From: Ginkgo biloba
Lineage: Eukaryota; Plantae; Ginkgophyta
Assembly (NCBI GenBank): GCA_024626585.2
Contig: JANKJI020000002.1
Span: 176,612,843-176,634,573, forward strand
Length of the DNA: 21,731 nt
Direction of reading: 5' to 3'
A model generated the notes under the pieces. That model saw nothing but the letters and a program-made list of their open reading frames with translations. It was not told the origin of the DNA and did not search any database. The first letter of the stretch is position 1, and each line of letters starts with the position of its first letter. The position numbers and the translations under genes were made by a program. Shown piece by piece: positions 1 through 11,924 of the stretch.

Positions 1-254
1 TAGAAGAATCTAGGTAGAATTATTTTCCCTCACACCAAATCTCAAAGGAAGATGCATAAATTAGATAAAGAAAGTAAAAGAATACATAAAGGAGAAGAAG
101 AAATAATATCATGGACAAAAATTTAGAACCATTTCATTAATGAAGAATCATCTCATATCATGAGGGTAGATTACATGATTTAATAGAATCTCTCCAATAG
201 GAAAGAGAATGTACAAAACTATAAAAGGCTTTCTTAAATAGATGAGCCAGGTTC

Positions 255-640
255 AAGAATAAAGAATGCTCATGAAGAGATAAGATATAACCATTCATCT
301 TACTAAGTAATTTATATACATACAATGAGTTATTTATTAATTAATCTCATGCAACCATCCATTTAACTTGATAATTTTATCCATGCAAGGAGTCCTTTTA
401 AAATTATGGATGGTGGAAAAAGTGCCACATAGGAGAAAACCTTTGGTGAGAAAAAAAATCATAATAAATATAGGATCAATAAAAAATCCTCACAAAAATA
501 AACCAAAAGGTCATATCCCTCCTTTATAAACTCAAGGCATGAAACCTCCCATCTAAATTTCTAAGTATTACCAACCCCTATCAATTGTACCATAGAACCT
601 ACTACTAATTCATTGAGCCCTTGATAACTCATCAATTCCT
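255..640 (+). repeat. Diverged direct repeat, copy 1 (LTR-like)
   Basis: Colinear with 3195-3670. Shared blocks: ATAACCATTCAT, the 21-mer TATCCATGCAAGGAGTCCTTT (378-398 / 3329-3349), AAAATTATGGATGGTG, AGGTCATATCCC, ACTCAAGGCAT and TTGTACCATA. Confidence 0.7.
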
Positions 641-874
641 CCACTCTTATAAATAAATGGAGGTCATTTATTAGTACAAATATATGTAAAATTTATTTTT
701 AATTTTTCCAAAGTTATCCTCTTTGCCTAATGTGGATATTATCCCTCTTTGCTCCTAAAAAAGAATCAAAGTTGGAATACCTTGTCTTATTAACCTAATG
801 CTTGAAGATTATATCCTCCTAAAGTGACTTTATATAATCTAGTTGTAAAACATTTGGATGGTAAGGAAGATCCA

Positions 875-945
875 CAATTGACTCATATAACAATGGTGTC
901 TCATAAAGATTCAACTTTTCTATATTAAAAATTAGATGTAGACCC
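875..945 (+). mobile_element. Possible copia integrase remnant
   Basis: AACAATGGTGTCTCATAAAGATTCAAC... translates NNGVS*RFNFSILKIRC, resembling the integrase motif QNGVSERxNxTxxxxxRC. Short and degenerate. Confidence 0.35.
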
Positions 946-3194
946 ATATATAGAGGCAAGTCTAAATGGAAAGAATTCTCTTCAATTTTCTCTAAGATTG
1001 TATACAGACCATACTAAATTAGCTTGTTTTTTCTCTCCTTAACTTTAACCATTTCCTTGGGAAGATAGAGATACACTCTATCCTCAACCTAAAAATCATG
1101 ATCTATATAATTCCTATCACTTACCTATTTATATTTTAAGTATACTTTTTATTAATCCTTATGTATATGCTTATGAATTATTTTAATATGATCAATGAAA
1201 TGTGTATCCTATACATGGTATTTCTACTTAAAAGAAGAATAATTGGGTGGTAAATATAAGATGTGAAAATTAATAGGCAAGTTATGAAATAATCCCAAAT
1301 AAGCCTTAAATGGTTAAAGACATAAGAGAATAGTGCAAATCCTTATTATAACTATGTTGGATGTATGGATGGGACTCATCATAGGTCTTATGGGGCCAAT
1401 GAGTATAGATACATAATGTGGACAAGTTTCCTATTGACTACTATTGTCTATTAGTTTGTCTATGGATGGAAGGAAATCAACCTATTCAACTTGGTGCCCA
1501 AGCTCCCTCATAAACTAGTTAACAAATTAATAAGGGATCTACTATCTTAATCTAAACTAATGGAAGAAGGAAATTTGTAATGGACCTAAACACATAAATA
1601 ATAACATCATAACTTGTGATGTAGATACAATATTTTAACATCCCATAAAAATTAACATCTTCTTCAATTTTTGTATGACTATGGAGATCTATTCAAGACC
1701 ATTCTAGGTTAGAGGTAATCCTACCATGAATTCTATATAGATAGGATCCCAAGGCTTATTAATAACTAGTAGAGGTTGATACTTTCANNNNNNNNNNNNN
1801 NNNNNNNNNNNNNNNNNNNNNNNNNNNNNNNNNNNNNNNNNNNNNNNNNNNNNNNNNNNNNNNNNNNNNNNNNNNNNNNNNNNNNNNATTGACTAGATTT
1901 TTGGCACAAATGATATCATTTTATGTATAACTCATTCTCATAAGAAAGAGGATAAAAAAATTATCTTAATTATTTCTTAAAATCCAACCAATAATTAAAT
2001 GTAGGCTTACTCTCTTACTCCCTTTCTTGGAGTAATATTCGCACCATAATAAGCCTTTGTAAGGTATCTTTAATCAATAAATATACAATATTTTAGAAAT
2101 CTATATGGTAACATGAATAATAAACTTATATGGATTAAATACATGACTCAAGAAACTCAACATCCTTTTTATCATCATAAATTTTACTATATACTTTCGT
2201 TTACACTTAAAATGGGTTTTTCTCTAAAGTTGAATTTACAACATTTTGTGTGTCCTATGAAGACAAACAAGGAAAGATAGTGGAAGAATGATGAGGAGAA
2301 GTGGATAAAAGAATAAAATCATAAGTAATTGAAGTAAGATCCAATTTTTTTGATGCCACTATAAATGGTGTAATTATTAAAGGTCATTGTTCTTGTACTT
2401 ATGTCATTAAGTTACCAAGCTCTTCTATCAACTTTTGGGTCTCTCTCTACTCCTTTTTCATCTACTAAATTATGGTTTATATTTGATATACTTGATATTT
2501 GAGATTCCCTTTAAGATATTATCCTAACTAACTAATTTAATCGCCTTTATCTTCTAAGGATATAATTATTATGAATGTATTATCTAGAGGCATTAATTTC
2601 CTCAAGTTTCGTTCATCTAAAATAGTATCGTTAGTTATGTTTAGGCCTATAGTCCTATAGATGGACCTCATATTAACCACAAGAAAGAAATTATTTAGAA
2701 AAATAAAATGGGATAAAAGAATAAAAATTCAAACTCCTCACCTAAAGAGANNNNNNNNNNNNNNTTCTTAAGGGATAGTTCCTACAAAGGTAAGACCTTA
2801 AAAGTATGCAAAAGCGATAAATCCTCCAAGTACACTTAAAATAAATATTTTTAATGTTGTTATTATAAATAGAAAGCCTTTGTAGTTCTATGTAACTATA
2901 ATAACATGGTTTGAATCTAAGATTTTAATAGTAATAACTCTATTTTTTAATACAGGTAAACATTGTAGGTTTCTTTGTTCATGCNNNNNNNNNNNNNNNN
3001 NNNNNNNNNNNNNNNNNNNNNNNNNNNNNNNNNNNNNNNNNNNNNNNNNNNNNNNNNNNNNNNNNNNNNNNNNNNNNNNNNNNNNNNNNNNNNNNNNNNN
3101 NNNNNNNNNNNNNNNNNNNNNNNNNNNNNNNNNNNNNNNNNNNNNNNNNNNNNNNNNNNNNNNNNNNNNNNNNNNNNNNTTCACATAAGATCTA

Positions 3195-3670
3195 AAAGGA
3201 ATATTCATGCCTTAGAGAAAGAAACTATAAGAATACTCAAAGGAGAATAATAAAGTAAATGTGTAAAAATTTATAACCATTAATGTATATTTAAGATTAT
3301 ATAACCATTCATTTAACTAAGGACTTTGTATCCATGCAAGGAGTCCTTTAGTAGTTAAGTTCATACAACCATCCATTTAAATAAGGATTTTTACTGATGC
3401 AAGGAATATTTCTAAAATTATGGATGGTGTAAANNNNNNNNNNNNNNNNNNNNNNNNNNNNTATATGGTGAGGAAAAATTACTAATAAATATAGTATAAA
3501 TAAAATAAATACACACAAAAAGGAAACCACTAGGTCATATCCCCCACTTTAGCGACTCAAGGCATAAACCCCCCCTATAAAGTGTTAATCCCTCAAAGGA
3601 TTATAATCCCCTATAGGTTGTACCATAAGACCTCCTACTAAGTCCTTGAGTTCCCATTGGCTCATTAATA
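3195..3670 (+). repeat. Diverged direct repeat, copy 2 (LTR-like)
   Basis: Same colinear blocks as 255-640. Confidence 0.7.
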
Positions 3671-5439
3671 TGTGACTAAGTAAATAAATATATAATGATA
3701 TAAAAAAAATTCTAAAGTATATGAATATCCAACCAAACATAACCAATTATATACTACATGCATAAATGAATGAGGTTCTAGCTAGTGGCATCTAATAATT
3801 ACTAACTCANNNNNNNNNNNNNNNNNNNNNNNNNNNNNNNNNNNNNNNNNNNNNNNNNNNNNNNNNNNNNNNNNNNNNNNNNNNNNNNATTAATCATAGC
3901 ATTAGACATGGTACACCATTATTAAGACAAGAATGATTAAGTTATGGGGTGATGTAAGATGTCATAATGGAAATAGAAGTGATGAAAACCTAACACCATG
4001 ATGTCACTTCTTCATTCATAATGCCAAAGTTATCCTTTTGAAGTTATTTTACCTTTAGTAAGAAGTATTGTAATAATATATATGACCTATAATTTAGTAA
4101 GTTCCTACGACTGATAATTCCTTAGAAATATATTTTTGTCATCAAACTCGATGAGTAATAGTATAATAGTAACGCGCAATTATTGTTAGAAATATGAGAA
4201 CATTTGTTGCATTGCTTCATGACCATAGTTTCACAAAGATTATTGTAAGGTTGTTTTGTTATATATGAAATGTGTACATCCAACAATTACTTCTTGTATA
4301 ATAAATTAATCTTCTTTATTTGTCATTCCATTTGTAGTCACAAAGAAATAGATTTCTTTATAGTGAATTATATCCAATCATTATATTATAGTATTTCACC
4401 AATTAGTGTTAGTATAAANNNNNNNNNNNNNNNNNNNNNNNNNNNNNNNNNNNNNNNNNNNNNNNNNNNNNNNNNNNNNNNNNNNNNNNNNNNNNNNNNN
4501 NNNNNNNNNNNNNNNNNNNNNNNNNNNNNNNNNNNNNNNNNNNNNNNNNNNNNNNNNNNNNNNNNNNNNNNNNNNNNNNNNNNNNNNNNNNNNNNNNNNN
4601 NNNNNNNNNNNNNNNNNNNNNNNNNNNNNNNNNNNNNNNNNNNNNNNNNNNNNNNNNNNNNGGGCTAAAAATATGGTTTTAGATAAGGTAGATAGGCAAG
4701 TAATAACATGATAATGTTGATTCCATCATTGGTTTCAAGTATGATAAACGCAGGGATGTCAAGATTCATTGGACAACATAATTCATTTTATCCAAAATAC
4801 TTGAAGTATATACTAAATTTTTGTAAGTTTGTTAAGAATGAAAAGTATTTTGAATTTTTTCCACATGCATCCTCCATTATTAAGTTTTTTTATGCATCTA
4901 AGATTGAAAATATGAATTTAATACACTAAGATGCATAATATACAGAGATAAAAGATCCTTAATAGGGGTTCTCAAGCAATGGAACAAATGCACCTTATCA
5001 TAGATTTCTCCTTGGTTTTGAGAGATCTTAAATAATACTTAAAAAAGTATGAAAACACCAAAGAAAGAAAGACACGATATTGTAGACTAATAATATTAGG
5101 TTTAGCATGTAGGATACATTCATGTAAGTTAAAACCATAAAATTTGAAAGAATTATGAAAAATAAAATTGAATGCATAAATATAATATGAAAATTGGATT
5201 TTATTAATGAAAGGACAAGATAAAAAAGTGAATGTTAATAATCAACATAAGAAAAATCCATGAATATATGTTGGATAATGCGTAGCATGAACGAGCTAAT
5301 ATGACAAACTACATCTCCTTCATCTATATTAAACTATGTAAAGAAACCACATGCCAACATATAATTAAATGCAATTGGGACATATATTATAATGTAATAA
5401 AGGGCAATGTGGAGGATGAGGAGATAAATGCAAGGGAAT

Positions 5440-5760
5440 GATGTGCAAACATTGTTTGCACATAATAAGAGCAATAAAATAATNNNNNNNNNNNNNNNNN
5501 NNNNNNNNNNNNNNNNNNNNNNNNNNNNNNNNNAGTAAATATATGATGAATAACACATAAATAAGCAATGAAAAATGATAAATGAAATAATAATATGGGA
5601 TAAGTCTCTAAATGTACACAATAATTCTTGGAATCTCCCAAATTGGTAACATGAAATTAAGAGACAAATTTTGGGAAAAGACATCCATTATGAAAAAAAG
5701 ATCCTAGAGAGTTTAGAGTGCATCATTATAAAATTGACTACTTACATTTTGCAGGCTAAC
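5440..5760 (+). mobile_element. Possible copia reverse transcriptase remnant
   Basis: Scattered degenerate pieces (NMG...IILGI..., IHYEKKILESL) occur in the order expected for MKDxG...ILGxxI...QxxYxxKILxRF. Frameshifts must be assumed. Confidence 0.3.
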
Positions 5761-6431
5761 AAATATCAAAGAGAACTTCTTGAAATAAAATATAAAATAG
5801 TNNNNNNNNNNNNNNNNNNNNNNNNNNNNNNNNNNNNNNNNNNNNNNNNNNNNNNNNNNNNNNNNNNNNNNNNNNNNNNNNNNNNNNNNNNNNNNNNNNN
5901 NCCCAAGGATCATAGACACTATAGTTTAAGTTCTCCAACAAAATCAACATCCTCAATGTCAGAATTCATTATCGTCGTACGAAAAAAAAAAAATCTCAAT
6001 TTTTTTTAAAACCCTCAACTTCGTCTCTGCACAACCATACTATGATTTCATGCTCATATCATGCATGTGCACTCTTAGATATTTTTATTACATTTTTTCA
6101 TGCTCCCAGTCCATGCACTAATACATTATACTAGAATAGTTCACTCACTTATGCGATGTATCTATACAACTCTGTACGCCAACATGGTGCCCAATCGACA
6201 TAATCTTAAGTGAAATTTTTTTTTTCATGTAATAATATTTTTCTTTTTTATGCAATAATTTATACTATAGCTTTATTTTCTATAAGAATTGAAGATCACA
6301 ATAAAAAATGCATTCTTAAAACACCCAAAAATACTATATTAAAAAAAAAAAAGTATTTGGTTGTCCAAGGGAATTTCTTTAGGATATAGTGTGTTGGAAT
6401 CGTCTCTCAGAGATGATCGCAATGGTATAGG

Positions 6432-6686
6432 TGTTGAAAAAGTAAATTTGAGACCCCCAAAGAGTCATTATACAAGCAGTATTAGATCTCTTTCTATATT
6501 CTTCAATTCTCATTCTCTCTTCTCATTCTCTTTTCTCTAACAATAAAAGAAGAAACTATATATCAATTGTACTTAAGAAACATCCATAAAACCAAGTTGC
6601 AGACGTCTCTTTATCCCTTTCTAGTCATTAAGTTAGCAAGTAGGATAGTGGATCTTGGCAGTATTCTTACAATTACCAAATAGAGC
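6432..6686 (+). mobile_element. Possible degenerate 5' LTR end and PBS upstream of the gypsy gag
   Basis: TGTT start near 6432, a CT-rich tract, AATAAA near 6542 and ...TTACA near 6671. These are followed by ATTACCAAATAGAGC, a loose match to the Met-tRNA PBS TGGTATCAGAGC, about 110 bp before gag. The match is weak. Confidence 0.3.
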
Positions 6687-6794
6687 ATTCTCATTCTAGC
6701 ACTACACCATTTAAACTCTTGTGCTTGTTTCCTCTAATTAAAGCATTTTTCAAAAAGAGATTCATCGAACCAGCTCACTTTAAGATCTAGGAAA

Positions 6795-7088
6795 ATGGCA
6801 AAAAAAATCATAGACTCTAGTTGGTCCACTGAAGTAAATGAGGAAATAGATGCTAGAATGGCTAGAATAGAGGAGGCATGTGGAAGAATAGTAATTTTAC
6901 TAGCAGGAAAAGTATCCAAGGAAGGGCATTGCACGAATAACAAACTAGAGGAGAGACATAGAAGAATGCATGAAAACTTTTCTCCCAAAGTCAAAGTCTA
7001 TAAGTTTGATGGAAGGGATGTACAAGCATGGATCAACCAGATGGAGCAATATTTTCATCTACACCAAGTAGCCACATATAAAAATATC
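6795..7088 (+). mobile_element. Ty3/gypsy retrotransposon gag fragment
   Basis: The ORF encodes PKVKVYKFDGRDVQAWINQMEQYFHLHQV, typical of the plant gypsy retrotrans_gag N-terminus (FDGxDxxxWxxxxExYF). It continues into an N gap. Confidence 0.7.
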
Positions 7089-9536
7089 NNNNNNNNNNNN
7101 NNNNNNNNNNNNNNNNNNNNNNNNNNNNNNNNNNNNNNNNNNNNNNNNNNNNNNNNNNNNNNNNNNNNNNNNNNNNNNNNNNNNNNNNNNNNNNNNNNNN
7201 NNNNNNNNNNNNNNNNNNNNNNNNNNNNNNNNNNNNNNNNNNNNNNNNNNNNNNNNNNNNNNNNNNNNNNNNNNNNNNNNNNNNNNNNNNNNNNNNNNNN
7301 NNNNNNNNNNNNNNNNNNNNNNNNNNNNNNNNNNNNNNNNNNNNNNNNNNNNNNNNNNNNNNNNNNNNNNNNNNNNNNNNNNNNNNNNNNNNNNNNNNNN
7401 NNNNNNNNNNNNNNNNNNNNNNNNGTTGAACATAATAGTCCAATCACTAGACCTTCCAAGCACCCCTACCACCTATAGAGGAAAACTAAAAAACAAGAAT
7501 ATGAGCTCTTAGAATAAGGATCCATCAAGGAGGACAAGAGTTTTTCATTGGCACCATAGATGTTAGTAAGGAAAGGGGGTAGATCCTTTCAATTGTGATG
7601 AATATCAAATGTACATAAGATTTATTTTAAATAAACATATATAGTGTATCCACTCTACTCACAAGTAGGGATATGTAAGAAAGAAAGAACAATTTTTTAA
7701 TCTCAAATAACAAAAATAAATTGCCTTTTAGTGGTATAGTGGACCAATATGGAATAACCAATATGAGTAGGTTTTACAAGGAACCATACGTTGACTCGAA
7801 TAAAACATTATATAGCTTGATTCAAATGTAGTAATAGAAAAAATGCTTTTATCACCATTATCATATAGAAAATTAAACTTAGAGGAGTTTATAGTCAATG
7901 TCCTTAAAATATGTTGGGTCTAATGGTTTCAATTCATCTTCCTCCTCCCATGAATTATCAACGTTGATTGTGTCAACATTTATATTCTTATCACTTTATT
8001 AACTTATGTCCTCGTCAATCTCACAACTTCAAACACACTATCCTTGGAACTTGGTTGATGATCGCTCCTTACTAGATTCACCTCTCTATTATCAAGTATG
8101 GTAGTGGGATATAAATCCATTGACATGTCCCAAATTCCAACTATATCCTTTAGAACTAGTGAATCAATCCTACTTATAAATCATTTACTTATAGTGTAAT
8201 TGGAGTTAATAACATCAAAGAACTCCTTAAGTATTCAAAACATTGCTCTAAGACAAATGAAATTTATAAGTTCAAAATGTTGAGTTCTCTTATCAACTAA
8301 TATATCTAAGTTATAATTATAGGAAAAAATGAAATGCTCCCATTTAGTACTATGTATAGGGATCAATTTAGAGTTCCTTTATTCAACATACTATCATTCT
8401 CCTTATATATATATACCTTATCTAAATATTCTGTCATTATNNNNNNNNNNNNNNNNNNNNNNNNNNNNNNNNNNNNNNNNNNNNNNNNNNNNNNNNNNNN
8501 NNNNNNNNNNNNNNNNNNNNNNNNNNNNNNNNNNNNNNNNTTAACATTATAATCTAAGCTAGCATCCCATTTCCCTTTGGATAAATCTAATCTTCTTCCT
8601 TTTTGGGTTGATTACTTATTCATTTGGATGCATAACATTAAGTTATTAACCATGTTTGAAGCACACTATTTTGCTTTGTTGAAGAGTAATAGTAGTGTTG
8701 CCAGTGATAGAGATCAATATAGCACAACATTACTACTACATTGCTCAAAATCCTTTTACAATTTTNNNNNNNNNNNNNNNNNNNNNNNNNNNNNNNNNNN
8801 NNNNNNTTATGTTTGGGTGTTTTGTTGCAATGACCAAATTCAATACATACAAGTAGCTATATTTTCCATATGTGCTTCCAAGTCTAAGATAGCAGTGATA
8901 CAAACTTCTTGTAAGCTTATTTGTATATGTAAATTTGCCTCCTCAAATGTCTTTGTTCTCTTACAATGGTGCCTTTGTTTATCTCATTCACTATCATGCA
9001 CTTCATCCATTGTTTATGGCTAGTGTTCCACTAGACACTTAGGTGCTTGCTTTTCAAAGTTTTGGCTTCCACATGAGGCTATAATATGTAGTATCTCTAT
9101 CTTGGTGATCAACAAGCCAACATGCATCAATTATTAATAATGTGCACCTCTCTTATTAGTGTTGTCGCATCTTTGGCTATAGCATCTATGTATAATCTTA
9201 GTGCTTTGAGATGAAATCCCTTTTGATGTGTTGATTTGTTTTTCAATGCCCGACTCCTTGTATCCTTTCAATTTGGTCGGCTTACTATCCTAAGGTGCTC
9301 GATATTGGCTTTTCCATCCATATTTGTCCATCTCCTGCCTTGGATTCTCATTAGATCCTCCCCCAACTTGCACCTTTTCGGCTCTCCAATGTGTGACATG
9401 TCCATTAATGCTGATCCATATGCCCTATGTATTTGGGGGTTCAATGTGATATAAGGTTGGGTCTAATGTGCAATTAAACATAAACCAAACTACTTTTTTG
9501 GTTTCATGGCGACAATATTTGAAGCTCTTCCATCTT

Positions 9537-9827
9537 TATTGAAGGTTGTCGTGAAGGTATTAAAGTTACTCTATATTGAATTTATAAATATTGTGTGATA
9601 TAATGATAATTATAAAATTTATGAATGAGAACATTAATCTACAAGCTTGAAATAAAAGTATAAATATATTAATATAAAGTCTCCACATAAATCCTCATTC
9701 ATTATAAGAAATTTTTATAATCATCATTTTTTAATAGAAATAGTTAATTTATTATTAACTAACTCTAATTAGACCAATTTATTATTAATTTACTCATGAA
9801 ATAAATAATTATTGAATAAGTTCATCA
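9537..9827 (-). mobile_element. Possible degenerate LTR (about 290 bp) preceded by a polypurine-like tract
   Basis: The minus strand reads AAGGGTATA|TGATGAA ... TTCAATA. Each end is one mismatch from a TGTTGAA...TTCAACA terminal inverted repeat. The interior is very AT-rich with a TATAAAA, and it lies downstream of and in the same orientation as the copia RNase H end. Confidence 0.3.
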
Positions 9828-10916
9828 TATACCCTTAGTTATATACATATAATAAAATTATATAACTAATCAACAATTTTGATATGAAGTACATAAAGAT
9901 AGTTAAGAAGGAGACATGACACACCGGTTCCTCCCTACTTAGACCATAATGGTATCTATTATATTTGGTATTATNNNNNNNNNNNNNNNNNNNNNNNNNN
10001 NNNNNNNNNNNNNNNNNNNNNNNNNNNNNNNNNNNNNNNNNNNNNNNNNNNNNNNNNNNNNNNNNNNNNNNNNNNNNNNNNNNNNNNNNNNNNNNNNNNN
10101 NNNNNNNNNNNNNNNNNNNNNNNNNNNNNNNNNNNNNNNNNNNNNNNNNNNNNNNNNNNNNNNNNNNNNNNNNNNNNNNNNNNNNNNNNNNNNNNNNNNN
10201 NNNNNNNNNNNNNNNNNNNNNNNNNNNNNNNNNNNNNNNNNNNNNNNNNNNNNNNNNNNNNNNNNNNNNNNNNNNNNNNNNNNNNNNNNNNNNNNNNNNN
10301 NNNNNNNNNNNNNNNNNNNNNNNNNNNNNNNNNNNNNNNNNNNNNNNNNNNNNNNNNNNNNNNNNNNNNNNNNNNNNNNNNNNNNNNNNNNNNNNNNNNN
10401 NNNNNNNNNNNNNNNNNNNNNNNNNNNNNNNNNNNNNNNNNNNNNNNNNNNNNNNNNNNNNNNNNNNNNNNNNNNNNNNNNNNNNNNNNNNNNNNNNNNN
10501 NNNNNNNNNNNNNNNNNNNNNNNNNNNNNNNNNNNNNNNNNNNNNNNNNNNNNNNNNNNNNNNNNNNNNNNNNNNNNNNNNNNNNNNNNNNNNNNNNNNN
10601 NNNNNNNNNNNNNNNNNNNNNNNNNNNNNNNNNNNNNNNNNNNNNNNNNNNNNNNNNNNNNNNNNNNNNNNNNNNNNNNNNNNNNNNNNNNNNNNNNNNN
10701 NNNNNNNNNNNNNNNNNNNNNNNNNNNNNNNNNNNNNNNNNNNNNNNNNNNNNNNNNNNNNNNNNNNNNNNNNNNNNNNNNNNNNNNNNNNNNNNNNNNN
10801 NNNNNNNNNNNNNNNNNNNNNNNNNNNNNNNNNNNNNNNNNNNNNNNNNNNNNNNNNNNNNNNNNNNNNNNNNNNNNNNNNNNNNNNNNNNNNNNNNNNN
10901 NNNNNNNNNNNNNNNN

Positions 10917-10979
10917 TACATTCAACATTTCCCTAAACCTAACAAATTTGTCTTTACATAATGGTTTGATGAAAATGTT
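10917..10979 (-). mobile_element. Ty1/copia retrotransposon pol C-terminus (RNase H end) fragment
   Basis: Translates (VA)[21 protein letters not shown], matching the copia RNase H terminal consensus Q(V/L)ADIFTKPLxxxxFxxxRxxLG(V). It then runs into a 942-N gap (9975-10916). Confidence 0.8.
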
Positions 10980-11339
10980 TGCAACATGATCTGGGTAATT
11001 GCATGCAAAGGCCCGGGGTACAACATCTCGGTGCATCATGATAGCCTGTATATGATTGTTGGGTAAGCCTAATTTCTGGAGCAGGTAGTCACCTCCACAC
11101 ATAATACAAGGCGACCCAAATGTTATGGCTGGCAGCAATGATAGTCTTGGCACCACTCCTCTTATCAACAGCATCAAATTCAGTAACACAGAAAGGCTTC
11201 CTCCTAAGGAATGACCTGTGAAACGAAATCTTGCAGCCTCTCCATGTGTTTTCCAATGAGCTAGAACCTCTGGCATAACTTGCTCATATATACCCTTGGC
11301 AGCCTCATAAATTCCTCGGTGAACAAGGACTTCAAACCC
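10980..11339 (-). CDS. PLIP: PLIP-like lipase exon 4, catalytic core ([11 protein letters not shown]...GHSLGG...[18 protein letters not shown]), truncated
   Basis: Acceptor TTGCAG|GGG at 11340/11339; 120 codons with the GxSxG lipase motif. PLIP similarity ends abruptly after DHVA. Confidence 0.92.
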
Positions 11340-11551
11340 CTGCAAATGAGAGCATTAAATACCCATGTTATTTTGTAAACTAGGTGATCCCATGTGAAAT
11401 TGCGGCTTTTTGGTCCAATTAATATTTAGCCACCCTCACAGTTTTGATTAAATTGAAATGGTCTCCATCNNNNNNNNNNNNNNACTATATTGCTTATGCC
11501 TTCAACATGAATGCCCCATAAATATCATCATCAGGGTACTCTTCAACTTAC

Positions 11552-11611
11552 CTCAAATTGTGTAGGTTCAAAGAACAAATTTGCTTGCCATGAAGCTAAT
11601 GACCCAGAGCC
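11552..11611 (-). CDS. PLIP: PLIP-like lipase exon 3 (GSGSLASWQANLFFEPTQFE), not in ORF track
   Basis: Acceptor TTCAG|GGC at 11612/11611 and donor GAG|GTAAGT at 11552/11551. This 60-nt exon encodes the conserved GSxSLASWQANLxFEP motif. Confidence 0.93.
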
Positions 11612-11924
11612 CTGAATAGACAGAGTATAATATTCCTTGTTAAACTACTGTTACCCTAAATTAAACAGGCCTGAAATCACCCCACGCCTCTAAAGCAATT
11701 TATAACTCATCTTAGAAAAGCAAAAATGCCTGAGACACTTAAAAACAGGAAAGATGTGACACTGAGAAAAGCAAACAAAATCCAAATCCAGTATGCAAAG
11801 ACAGTCTACTACATACAGAATTCCATACAAATGGTTCCAAGAGTTGTTAGTGTGCCTACCTGTAAATTATTACTCAAGTAAAACATTAAATGCAATTTTT
11901 CATTGGAAAATAACAAAAGATTAC

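Noticed and set aside
4850-4910. Minus-strand ...LIMEDACG resembling gypsy RNase H (ExDASG)
   Set aside because: Too short and degenerate to call.
7900-8060. Minus-strand DNSWEEEDELKPLDPTYF, reminiscent of a gypsy chromodomain-like tail
   Set aside because: A single short motif with a broken upstream frame; insufficient support.
8577-9454. ORFs 8577-9023 and 9236-9454; possible gag/zinc-knuckle remnant on the minus strand
   Set aside because: No convincing motif. Probably decayed TE sequence, but I cannot assign it by eye.
9939-11345. 468-aa ORF as a single-exon lipase gene
   Set aside because: Its Met lies in the intron, just upstream of the acceptor (the codon is TTG), and most of its length is N. 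The real sequence is PLIP exon 4 plus a copia tail.
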